Shown in pieces: positions 1-8,417 of a DNA stretch of 64,000 nt. The first letter of the stretch is position 1. Each line of letters starts with the position of its first letter. The position numbers and the translations under genes were made by a program. The stretch is from an archaeon GW2011_AR15 (GTDB lineage: Archaea > Nanobdellota > Nanobdellia > Woesearchaeales > GW2011-AR15), in contig CP010425.1 of NCBI GenBank assembly GCA_000830295.1, positions 672,001 through 736,000 of the forward strand, written 5' to 3'. Under the pieces are notes generated by a model that saw only the letters and a program-made list of their open reading frames with translations, was not told the origin of the DNA and did no database searches.

Positions 1-528
1 TAATATATCTGTAAGGCTTGTTATTATAATAAGGTTGAATAGCAGATGTGAGCCAGCAAAAGTCAGTATTCTGGCAAAACTGCTTCCCATCATGAAATAC
101 AGGGAAGAGGCTATCAGCTCATAGACAATTGTCAGGGCAATCAGAGAAGTGACCAAAGGAAGACCAATAAAAAGATTTGACAGCAGAACCACGGCAGTAA
201 GCCCTATCACCGACACAAATGATGTATAGTTGAATTTTTGGCCAACAGCATCAGCAACAACCAGTCCCGCCCATCCTACGACAAGGGAGAGTATAATGTC
301 CCTGTAGACAAAGGAGACCATCAGGGTTGTATAGAGCACAAGGTCAATCCCCAGACTGCTCTTGAAAAACCTGTGGTATATTTTTGACAGGCCTGCGGCT
401 GCTATGAAAATAGCAGCAAAGAATATCTGCCTCAGCACGCCTGACATCAGGACGATGATAATAAAAATAAGCAGAATGACTCCTGTATTCCTGCTCTTCA
501 GCTTTTTGAAGGTTTCTTTAAGGTCCAT
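1..528 (-). CDS. Multi-pass membrane protein, ECF S-component-like (runs off window start)
   Basis: Read manually, not in ORF track. ATG at 528 gives MDLKETFKKLKSRNTGVILLIFIIIVLMSG...SLGIDLVLYTT...SHLLFNLIII, open to base 1; TATA-like sequence about 30 nt upstream. Resembles 17378..17908. Confidence 0.75.
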   Translation of the reverse strand, partial: MDLKETFKKLKSRNTGVILLIFIIIVLMSGVLRQIFFAAIFIAAAGLSKIYHRFFKSSLGIDLVLYTTLMVSFVYRDIILSLVVGWAGLVVADAVGQKFNYTSFVSVIGLTAVVLLSNLFIGLPLVTSLIALTIVYELIASSLYFMMGSSFARILTFAGSHLLFNLIIITSLTDIL

Positions 529-576
529 GCACAGGTTTACTCTGGGGCTGTTTATATTAGTTTTGACATAATAACA

Positions 577-586
577 TTTAAATATA
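577..586 (+). promoter_or_regulatory. TATA box positioned for a leaderless transcript starting near the uORF ATG at 608
   Basis: TTTAAATATA, 31 nt before ATG 608, the spacing seen for other leaderless genes in the window. Confidence 0.6.
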
Positions 587-607
587 CTCTCCGCCTACTA
601 TTTCCCT

Positions 608-652
608 ATGTACTCAATCTGGAAAACACTGAGCGTAGTAGTGGCAAACTAG
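608..652 (+). CDS. Putative valS leader peptide MYSIWKTLSVVVAN
   Basis: ATG..TAG 14-aa ORF with GTA GTA GTG run, 94 nt upstream of valS, followed by hairpins and T-tracts. Confidence 0.55.
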   Translation: MYSIWKTLSVVVAN

Positions 653-746
653 TTTCCAGCGGCTTTTTTCTTCTTATCAGAGAGATTCACATTACCTGAA
701 GAGAAAGCTTTTTATTGAGAAAATTATAACAGAAGGGAAGAATAAT

Positions 747-3143
747 ATGGAACTGCCTCAGAGATACGATGCAAAAGAAGCTGAAGCCAAGTGGCAGAAG
801 TTCTGGGAGAAAAATAAAATCTATGCATATAATGAAAAAGATAAGAAGAAAGAGACCTATTCCATAGATACTCCGCCCCCTACAGTCTCAGGCAGCATGC
901 ATATCGGCCATGCTTTCTCATATTCACAGCAGGATTTTGTTGCCCGGTACAAAAGGATGAAAGGGTTCAATGTTTTCTATCCCTTCGGCACAGACGACAA
1001 CGGCCTTGCAACAGAGAAACTTGTGCAGAAAAACAGGAAGGTCAATCTGAGGAAAATACCAAGGACAGAAGCTATAAAGATCTGCCTTGAATTTCTGAAG
1101 GAAGAAAGGCCAAAATTTGTTCAGGACTGGAAAAACATAGGGATGAGCTGTGACTTTAGTGTGATGTATTCTACAATTGATGATATGTCCAGGAAAATAT
1201 CCCAGAGGACATTCCTTGAGATGGCCAAAAAAGGCCTTGCATACAGGAAAGAAGCACCAATTATATGGGATACGATGTTCCAGACTGCAATTGCCCAGGC
1301 AGAGCTTGTGGACAGTGAGATTGATTCCATTTTCAACGACATAGTTTTCAGGACAGAAGGCAGTGATGAGCTTATAATAGCCACTACAAGGCCAGAGCTG
1401 ATAGGTGCATGCGTTGCTGTTTTTGTGCATCCGAAAGACAAAAGATACAGGAAGCATGTCGGGAAGACTGCAATTACCCCGCTGTATAATGCAAAAGTCC
1501 CTGTCCTTGCAGATGAGAAAGTAAGCATGGAGAAAGGCACAGGAATAGTGATGTGCTGCACTTTCGGGGATCAGACAGACATTGAGTGGTATAAGCAGTA
1601 TAAGCTTCCCCTTAAGATGCTGATAAACCCTGACGGCACAATGAATGATGCAGCTGGCAGATACAAGGGCATGAAGGCAGATGAGGCAAGAAAAGCAACC
1701 ATAGAGGACCTGAAGCAGGCAAAACTATTGAAGAGCCAGAAGGCAATAAAGCATGTAGTGCAGATTGGCGAAAGGTCAGGGCAGCCTGTTGAAATAATAA
1801 ATTCAAAGCAGTGGTACATAAGCTATCTTGATAAGAAGGATATGTTCCTCAAGGCCTCTGAAAAGCTGGGCTGGTATCCAAAGCATATGAAGCACAGGCT
1901 TGACAACTGGATAAAAGGGCTGAACTGGGACTGGTCAATATCAAGGCAGAGGCATTTCGGCGTGCCCATTCCTGTATGGTATGACAAAACAGGGAAGATA
2001 TACTATGCAGATGAGTCCCAGCTTCCTGTTGATCCTGTTGCAGACAGGCCAAAGGGAGTTCCTGAGAAAGTGGATCTTATACCTGAAACAGATGTTTTTG
2101 ATACATGGTTCACTTCAGGCAGCTCGCCTTTCCTGGCGATAGAGCTCATGCCAAAGGAAACACAGGAAGAGCTGTTCCCTATGAGCCTGAGGCCGCAGGC
2201 GCATGATATAATCAATTTCTGGCTGTTCTATACAATGGCAAAGACACAGCTTATACACAGGAAAAACCCCTGGAAGGACGTCATAATCTCAGGCTGGGCA
2301 CTTGACCCGCACGGAAGAAAGATGTCCAAATCAAAAGGGAATGTAGTTGTGCCTCAGGATATGATACAGAAATATAGTGCAGATGCCCTGAGGTTTTGGA
2401 CAGCAGGCAGCAAGCTCGGGGACGACATGCCTTTCCAGGAGAAAGACCTTGTGACAGGGCAGAAGACAATAACCAAATTATGGAACGCCTCAAAGTTTGT
2501 ACTGATGCACCTTGAGGATTATAGATATGAAAAAGTCGAGCTGGAGATACTGGATAAATGGCTTCTTGCAAAGCTCCAGAAACTGGTTAAGAAGTGCACA
2601 GAGCATTTTGATGCATATGAATATTCAAAGGCAAAGCAGGAATTTGAGCTGTTTTTCTGGCAGGTATTCACAGACAACTATCTGGAGCTGGCGAAGGACA
2701 GGCTATATAATCCCGGGAAGTATAACAAGACCGCAAGGAAGTCAGCGCAGTTTGCCCTTTATGAGGCCCTGCTTAACCTCCTGAAATTAATAGCGCCGGT
2801 GATGCCTTACATAACCGAGGAGATATACCAGCTTTACTTTGCTGAAAAGGAGAAGGAAAAGAGCATCCATATCTCGCACTGGCCTGAATATTCCGAATCA
2901 TATATTGATAAGAATGCCGAGGAAACAGGGGACTTGGTTGTAGGGATACTACAGACAGTAAGAAAATTCAAATCAGAAAAATCCCTTTCACTGAAAGCAG
3001 AGCTGAGCTCAATAATAATCTCCTGTTCAGCATCACAAAGGAAAAAGCTTGAGCTTGTCCTGCAGGACATAAAAGCCATTACAATAGCAGAGGACATAGA
3101 GTTCAGGGAGAGCAAGGAATTCTCTCTTGAAATAAAAAATTAA
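747..3143 (+). CDS. valS: Valine--tRNA ligase (archaeal type)
   Basis: DTPPPTVSG..HIGH and KMSKS motifs, GTGIVMCCTFGD editing domain, DWSISRQR. Confidence 0.97.
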   Translation: MELPQRYDAKEAEAKWQKFWEKNKIYAYNEKDKKKETYSIDTPPPTVSGSMHIGHAFSYSQQDFVARYKRMKGFNVFYPFGTDDNGLATEKLVQKNRKVNLRKIPRTEAIKICLEFLKEERPKFVQDWKNIGMSCDFSVMYSTIDDMSRKISQRTFLEMAKKGLAYRKEAPIIWDTMFQTAIAQAELVDSEIDSIFNDIVFRTEGSDELIIATTRPELIGACVAVFVHPKDKRYRKHVGKTAITPLYNAKVPVLADEKVSMEKGTGIVMCCTFGDQTDIEWYKQYKLPLKMLINPDGTMNDAAGRYKGMKADEARKATIEDLKQAKLLKSQKAIKHVVQIGERSGQPVEIINSKQWYISYLDKKDMFLKASEKLGWYPKHMKHRLDNWIKGLNWDWSISRQRHFGVPIPVWYDKTGKIYYADESQLPVDPVADRPKGVPEKVDLIPETDVFDTWFTSGSSPFLAIELMPKETQEELFPMSLRPQAHDIINFWLFYTMAKTQLIHRKNPWKDVIISGWALDPHGRKMSKSKGNVVVPQDMIQKYSADALRFWTAGSKLGDDMPFQEKDLVTGQKTITKLWNASKFVLMHLEDYRYEKVELEILDKWLLAKLQKLVKKCTEHFDAYEYSKAKQEFELFFWQVFTDNYLELAKDRLYNPGKYNKTARKSAQFALYEALLNLLKLIAPVMPYITEEIYQLYFAEKEKEKSIHISHWPEYSESYIDKNAEETGDLVVGILQTVRKFKSEKSLSLKAELSSIIISCSASQRKKLELVLQDIKAITIAEDIEFRESKEFSLEIKN

Positions 3144-3155
3144 TAATTATTAGTT

Positions 3156-3710
3156 TTACCAGAAGCCTATAAGCAGCACTGCAAACAGCGAGACTATGAT
3201 TATCAGCATCATGGCGAGCACTTTAGGATGGAAGAGGGTGGCTGCAAAATTCTGCGAGAAGCTGCCTGATGCGACATCGCCGCTCCCGCCTGCAATTACA
3301 TTGTCAGAGTCAGTTGTCTCATTTCCAAGATACGGCCCCACATCCTGGCCAAGCTTCATGGAGATGCTAATCAGGAACAAAATGACTGCAAAAACAAGGA
3401 TATAAGTCCCCAGGTTGTTTATTATTGCTGCCGGCAGCTCAGCGCCCACTGACTTAGTGGCCAGTAGCGTGAACATAAGCCCGATTATTATCATGACAAA
3501 CCAGGGTACAGTCTCCTTTACAATATCTATGACATCCTGGGAGAATATAAGCATCATTGCAACTGCAAATGCCAGCAGTGCATTAAGGCCCTTGACATCT
3601 CCGAATGGCTTCTGGACCATCAGTATCGCATAGACCCCTGTAAAGACGAATAGGATTACAAATATATCAGAGAAATGCGATAATAAGGAAATATCAAAAA
3701 AGGATGCCAT
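3156..3710 (-). CDS. Uncharacterised multi-pass membrane protein (paralog 3 of tandem trio)
   Basis: Hydrophobic ORF; IFVILFVFTGVYAIL and TVPWF align loosely with the two neighbours. Confidence 0.8.
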   Translation of the reverse strand: MASFFDISLLSHFSDIFVILFVFTGVYAILMVQKPFGDVKGLNALLAFAVAMMLIFSQDVIDIVKETVPWFVMIIIGLMFTLLATKSVGAELPAAIINNLGTYILVFAVILFLISISMKLGQDVGPYLGNETTDSDNVIAGGSGDVASGSFSQNFAATLFHPKVLAMMLIIIVSLFAVLLIGFW

Positions 3711-4292
3711 TTAGTGACCTCCGTGGCCTCCGCCTCCTCTGCCTCCGAATACCCCGTTCATTGTTTCCCAGATGCTCTGCCTCCTCTCTGCAGGATGCTG
3801 TTCCGCAGTTATGAACCAGACAATTATGCCGAATACAAGTATAGATATGACCATAGATCTTGTCTCAGGGTCAGCAAGGAAAGGCAGATGGCCGAATGTG
3901 CCTGCTGAAGAAAGGAAAGTCCATCCGACAGCAACGACTGAAAAAAGCACTACTATCCCGACAAGAGGGGTCCCTGCAATATTTATATCGTTTCCGAACA
4001 CGCCTATCAGCAGAAGAGTCATCATTGAAGCAATCATCAGCAGGGATACATTCGGAAGTGAGTTGTTGATTATTGTAACCACATCAGGGCCCCTGCCTAT
4101 CACGTGCGGAATGACCGCTGCTGCAGCCAGCACAAAAGAAACCATGACATTAAACCTGTGCGCCTGCTCTCCGAGTATCCTGGACTTCTGCAGCACTGCA
4201 AAGGCTATTGTGAATATAAGCAGAAAAGGCAGCAGGACATCCAGCAGCCCTATATTTTCCAGCATCAATACATAATCTTCAAGCAATGACAT
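3711..4292 (-). CDS. Uncharacterised multi-pass membrane protein (paralog 2)
   Basis: GLLDVLLPFLLIFTIAFAVLQKSRILG motif; GAGGAGG SD; Gly/His tail. Confidence 0.85.
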   Translation of the reverse strand: MSLLEDYVLMLENIGLLDVLLPFLLIFTIAFAVLQKSRILGEQAHRFNVMVSFVLAAAAVIPHVIGRGPDVVTIINNSLPNVSLLMIASMMTLLLIGVFGNDINIAGTPLVGIVVLFSVVAVGWTFLSSAGTFGHLPFLADPETRSMVISILVFGIIVWFITAEQHPAERRQSIWETMNGVFGGRGGGGHGGH

Positions 4293-4315
4293 TTTCTAAT
4301 CCTCCTCTTGTTTTA

Positions 4316-4906
4316 TCAGTGATGATCATCCGATTTAGAGTCTCCTGACGAGCCTTTTTCTGATTTTGTTATGTATCCCATCATAAAGATGATGAATATT
4401 GTCAGTATGATGGCCCCTGAAACACCGGTGTCGACATTGTTTATTATCCATCCCCATGCGAAATAAAGCCATGGTGTGCCGTCATTTGTCTTTATAGCAT
4501 GAAGGAAGATTGCCAGTATGCCGGCAAACATCAGCCACATGAATATGCCTCTCCAGGGCTGCTCAAGCTTGTATTCCTCCTTCCCTGTATGGAATACTCC
4601 GACAAGCAGCAGGAATGAGACCCCAAGCAAAAGCAGTATTGTAAGGTTTGCAATGGCCTCGTTGACAGCCGCAACAAGCCTTGAGCTTGCCACGACAATG
4701 AAGGCAGTGACGAACGCGAACATGCTGTTCAGGTTCTTCTTTGCCATCTCTCTTCCGGCGACTTCCTCAGTGCCGAAAATCTTTGATTTCTCAAGTATGG
4801 CGAAAACTATTGTGAATATAAGCAGGAAAGGCAGCAGGACTTCATAAACACCAAGCTTATCGAGGAACTGGATGCCTGTTGCAAATGGGGAGGTAGCATC
4901 TACCAT
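4316..4906 (-). CDS. Uncharacterised multi-pass membrane protein (paralog 1)
   Basis: GVYEVLLPFLLIFTIVFAILEKSKIFG motif; TTTATATA promoter about 30 nt upstream. Confidence 0.85.
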   Translation of the reverse strand: MVDATSPFATGIQFLDKLGVYEVLLPFLLIFTIVFAILEKSKIFGTEEVAGREMAKKNLNSMFAFVTAFIVVASSRLVAAVNEAIANLTILLLLGVSFLLLVGVFHTGKEEYKLEQPWRGIFMWLMFAGILAIFLHAIKTNDGTPWLYFAWGWIINNVDTGVSGAIILTIFIIFMMGYITKSEKGSSGDSKSDDHH

Positions 4907-5002
4907 ATTAGTATAGATTTAGATGTCTGTTTCTATATAAATCTTTTGTTTCTCTGTCTCGAGGAATAGAGGGGAATTAATACAAAATATGGCCTGCCAG
5001 TG

Positions 5003-5368
5003 CTATTTCTTCTGGTACAATTTCACTGAGCTGATTGTTATGCTTTCCAGCCTGTCAGGATCATCGCCTATTTTGCTTCCGGAATATACAAGCCCATATA
5101 ATCCGCCGATCAGCCCTGTGAGGCCGCCGATGTTACTGGCAATATCAATGTCCGAAACATATTCAACTGCCTGCGGGACAGCCTGATTCACATAAGGGAC
5201 CTGCTCCAGAAGATCGCCCGCGAACATACCGGCGGTATAACAGAGGGCTGCTCCTGCAGCCTTCAATGCAATGTCAAAGGCTACTTTCCTGAAATTAGGC
5301 CTTGCAAATGTCCAGCCATTGCCATACGTTGTAAGAGTCTTCCACTTTTTTTTAACTGTGTCTGACAT
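5003..5368 (-). CDS. Hypothetical protein with two hydrophobic segments
   Basis: 121-aa ORF with TATA about 30 nt upstream. Confidence 0.65.
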   Translation of the reverse strand: MSDTVKKKWKTLTTYGNGWTFARPNFRKVAFDIALKAAGAALCYTAGMFAGDLLEQVPYVNQAVPQAVEYVSDIDIASNIGGLTGLIGGLYGLVYSGSKIGDDPDRLESITISSVKLYQKK

Positions 5369-5471
5369 TAAAAACTAATAATGATTCCTGATGTATATAA
5401 ATGTTATTACAAGAGATAGTTTAGCTTTGCCTGGCTAAACTTTTATAAATGGCCGGCTTTTACCCAGGCAT

Positions 5472-6035
5472 ATGGTCACAAAAACATTCGACAGGCTTAG
5501 GAAAGAGATTGAGAACAAAGATAAGACAAGGGAGGAACTCATTGTCGGGTCCAGGCCGATAATAAAAGACTCAAAGCAGGCAATATATGCAATCCACAGG
5601 GGTTCTGTTGCAGAAGCGGAAAAGCTCATACAGAAAGCTTCCAGAGGCCTGGATGAGCTCAGAAGACTGCCAGACCAGAAATCAAGCTCATTTGACTCAG
5701 CAGTCCAGGAATATGTTGAGGCAGTGACTTATCTGGAATATGTGAAGACAGGTAAGCTTGCTGATGAGAAAGAGATTAATGCAGACCCTGAAAACTATCT
5801 TCTCGGCATATGCGACCTGACAGGAGAGCTGGCAAGAAGGGCCGTTTTCTCTGTTGTAAAAGAGGATTTTAAGGAAGTTGAAAAAATAAAAGAGTTTGTT
5901 TCCAGGATATACGAAGAATTCCTTAAGTTTGAGCTGAGGAACAGCGAGCTGAGGAAAAAATCAGATTCCATAAAATGGAACCTCAAAAAGATTGAGGAGA
6001 TTCTTTATGACCTGAAGATAAGAGGGAAGCTCTGA
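5472..6035 (+). CDS. Translin/Trax (C3PO-like) family protein
   Basis: QEYVEA, YLLGICDLTGELARRAV and LRKKSD motifs; acidic catalytic residues present. Confidence 0.88.
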   Translation: MVTKTFDRLRKEIENKDKTREELIVGSRPIIKDSKQAIYAIHRGSVAEAEKLIQKASRGLDELRRLPDQKSSSFDSAVQEYVEAVTYLEYVKTGKLADEKEINADPENYLLGICDLTGELARRAVFSVVKEDFKEVEKIKEFVSRIYEEFLKFELRNSELRKKSDSIKWNLKKIEEILYDLKIRGKL

Positions 6036-6523
6036 TGGAGTTCAAAGAGGCAATCGGGAAACTGCAGAAGTCAAAGGAGTTCAAGGACTGGAAAAAGAAC
6101 TCCCCTAACTCAGTCCTGACATATGCATTCCTGATGATATCCCCTGATGTTGAAAAGGAATGGCAGGTTGGCTATTTTAACCCGAAGCAGGAGACCATAT
6201 CCACTTTCACTATTTCTGAAAAAATACACAGGAATCCTGATTCTGAAATGCTGAAAGCCGGGAGCATAAGGGAGCTTGATGTTCCAAAAGTTAAAGTGGA
6301 GTTTGACAAAGCGCTTGATACTGCAAGAAGACTGCAGCAGAAAGAGTATCCCGAGCATAAGGCAGAAAAAAAGATGATGATCCTCCAGAAGCTCGGCATA
6401 GGCCAGGTATGGAACCTAACCTACATAACAAAGACATTCAAGACACTTAACATAAAGATTGATTCTTCTTCAGGAGAGATACTGAAGCACGAACTTCTTG
6501 AGCTGTTCACTTTCAGCAAATAG
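6035..6523 (+). CDS. Conserved hypothetical protein (PepSY-like C-terminus)
   Basis: Coupled to translin gene (TGATG overlap); WQVGYF and VWNLTY..IKIDSSSGEI. Confidence 0.75.
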   Translation: MEFKEAIGKLQKSKEFKDWKKNSPNSVLTYAFLMISPDVEKEWQVGYFNPKQETISTFTISEKIHRNPDSEMLKAGSIRELDVPKVKVEFDKALDTARRLQQKEYPEHKAEKKMMILQKLGIGQVWNLTYITKTFKTLNIKIDSSSGEILKHELLELFTFSK

Positions 6524-6656
6524 AAATAGTCCCTGGCTAATGAGTCTGTTTATAAAAATTGCTTGGCTAAAAACTATATATTTGAAATTGATAGATTTTA
6601 TAAACCAAAAAAATAACTGGAATCCTGTTCTTGAAAAAAGAAATTAAGGGAATTGG

Positions 6657-7085
6657 ATGGTAGACGTAAGGATAGTTAAGGATGACAAGGAGATGACAAC
6701 CCCGCATTATGTCCATGAGGGCGATGCAGGGATTGACCTTAGGTCTTCAGTCGAATATGTTCTTAAGCCTGGCGAAACATATGCTGTCCCGACAGCAGTC
6801 AGGATGGCAATTCCCGAAGGATATGCCGGGCTTGTCTGGGACAAGAGCGGCTATGCAGCAAAGAATTCCATACACACACTGGCAGGCGTGATTGACTCGG
6901 GCTACAGGGGGGAAATCAGGATAGTCATGAAGAACTTAGGCAAAGAAAATTTTGAGATAAAAAAAGACATGAAGATTGCGCAGATACTCATACAGCCTGT
7001 TGTAAGAGCTAATCTTATTGAAGAAGAAACACTTGATGATACGAGAAGAGGACATGGCGGCTTCGGCAGCACAGGGAAACACTAG
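6657..7085 (+). CDS. dut: dUTP diphosphatase (trimeric)
   Basis: AGIDL, GVIDSGYRGEI, IAQ and RGHGGFGSTG motifs. Confidence 0.96.
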   Translation: MVDVRIVKDDKEMTTPHYVHEGDAGIDLRSSVEYVLKPGETYAVPTAVRMAIPEGYAGLVWDKSGYAAKNSIHTLAGVIDSGYRGEIRIVMKNLGKENFEIKKDMKIAQILIQPVVRANLIEEETLDDTRRGHGGFGSTGKH

Positions 7086-7097
7086 AGAGGTAAAAAA

Positions 7098-7199
7098 ATG
7101 GCAAAAGCAGAAACAGTAACAAAAAAAACAACAATAAGCTATGAATCAATGATAACAAGCAAGAAGCTCAGCTCTTTCTTTGATGAAGAAGAGGAATAA
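7098..7199 (+). CDS. 33-aa small protein MAKAETVTKKTTISYESMITSKKLSSFFDEEEE
   Basis: Read manually; GAGGT SD just after the dut stop; acidic tail. Confidence 0.6.
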   Translation: MAKAETVTKKTTISYESMITSKKLSSFFDEEEE

Positions 7200-7232
7200 T
7201 CTTTAAATATAAATTTTCCTTACTCTTTCCTT

Positions 7233-7457
7233 ATGATAGTTGAGATAGATAATGCAGAAGCGGATGTCCCTGTTTTCGGTAAATCTGTCCAGAAATTCAG
7301 CAAATGCAAATACGGCGCGAGCTTCATGGGCCAGAGATCCTGCTCTGTCTTCCACCATGCTTTTGACAACAGCATGGACATACTCCACCACTGCGGAAGC
7401 TGCAAGCTTAATGTGGCCGAGCCGACAACAAAAAAAATCAATGTAAGATTTTTCTGA
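7233..7457 (+). CDS. Small Cys/His-containing hypothetical protein
   Basis: TTTAAATA about 31 nt upstream; C..C..HCxxC pattern. Confidence 0.55.
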   Translation: MIVEIDNAEADVPVFGKSVQKFSKCKYGASFMGQRSCSVFHHAFDNSMDILHHCGSCKLNVAEPTTKKINVRFF

Positions 7458-8070
7458 GGCTTTCCTTTATCCTGCTGAAAACCTCTTCCCTGCTTCCCGA
7501 GGCATCTATTGTTTTCCAGCTGCCCCTGAACTCAGGCATAGCTGAAATTTCCTTGTATCCTTCAGCTATCTCCCTGAAGAAATCCACCCCCTTTGACTCG
7601 AACTTGTCCCCGTCTTTGTCAAATGTTCTCTTTAACCCTGACGCAGGGTCAAGCTCAAAGAACAGGATTAAATCCGGCAGGAAACCTTCAATTGCAGTCC
7701 TGTTTATTTCCATGACTTTTTTTATTCCCAGTTTTCTTGCGCTGCCCTGGTAAGCAAGGCTGCTTACTACAGACCTGTCTGATATGATAATTCCGCCTTT
7801 TTTCAGCACAGGAGAAACAACAGCCCTCAATGACTGGGCTCTTGATGCAGCATAGAGATAAGCTTCTGTCTCAGCTGCCATTATCTCTTTGTAAGAGGTT
7901 CCCTGGACAATCTTCCTTATTGACTCTGAAATTTCTGTGCCTCCGGGCTCCCTCGTCAAAAGGATTTCCCTGTCAGGATACAGCCCTTTTAGGTATTTGT
8001 GGAGCTTGGCAGCCTGTGTAGTCTTTCCAGTGCCTACAACGCCCTCCAGAACAATGTAAATTCCTTTCAT
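7438..8070 (-). CDS. tmk: Thymidylate (dTMP) kinase
   Basis: EGVVGTGKTTQ P-loop, TREPGGT, DRSVVSSLAYQG. Confidence 0.95.
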   Translation of the reverse strand: MKGIYIVLEGVVGTGKTTQAAKLHKYLKGLYPDREILLTREPGGTEISESIRKIVQGTSYKEIMAAETEAYLYAASRAQSLRAVVSPVLKKGGIIISDRSVVSSLAYQGSARKLGIKKVMEINRTAIEGFLPDLILFFELDPASGLKRTFDKDGDKFESKGVDFFREIAEGYKEISAMPEFRGSWKTIDASGSREEVFSRIKESLRKILH

Positions 8071-8164
8071 CAGCGTAGAGATTATATCCTAGTTTAAAAA
8101 AATTATGACATTACTATAAAAAGCAATAACTTATTTAAATGAACTAATTCTCCACAAATTCTAT

Positions 8165-8236
8165 GGCGATAGTCGTATAATGGTAGTATATAGGACTGTG
8201 GATCCTGTGGAGGGAGTCCGATTCTCCCCTATCGCC
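8165..8236 (+). tRNA. tRNA-His(GUG), encoded G-1, C73 discriminator, no encoded CCA
   Basis: Acceptor GCGATAG/CTATCGC, anticodon arm TAGGA-CTGTGGA-TCCTG, T arm GGGAG-TCCGATT-CTCCC; TATA box at about 8134. Confidence 0.92.
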
Positions 8237-8409
8237 CTTTCTAATTAGTTAAGTCCGCTTGAACGAAGTGAAACGGACAGCGTGCCAACCGAGCTACCAG
8301 TTGGTCTGCTTCTCCCCTATCGCCCTTTTTTTAAGTGGGATTTCAGCGAAGCTGAATGTCGCACCTGTTTGGATTCTAACCTTACTAAAGGTTAGTCTCC
8401 TATCGCCCT
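8222..8409 (+). repeat. Three copies of the tRNA-His 3' end separating two hairpin-rich ~85-bp units
   Basis: TTCTCCCCTATCGCCCTTT exact at 8222-8240 and 8310-8328; CCTATCGCCCT again at 8399-8409; periods 88 and 83. Confidence 0.85.
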
Positions 8410-8417
8410 CAACCTTT

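Noticed and set aside
362-571. 69-aa plus-strand ORF
   Set aside because: Shadow of the minus-strand membrane gene 1..528
8222-8409. CRISPR array interpretation of the three repeats
   Set aside because: The repeat is the tRNA 3' end, the spacers are about 70 nt and structured, there are only three copies, and no cas genes are nearby
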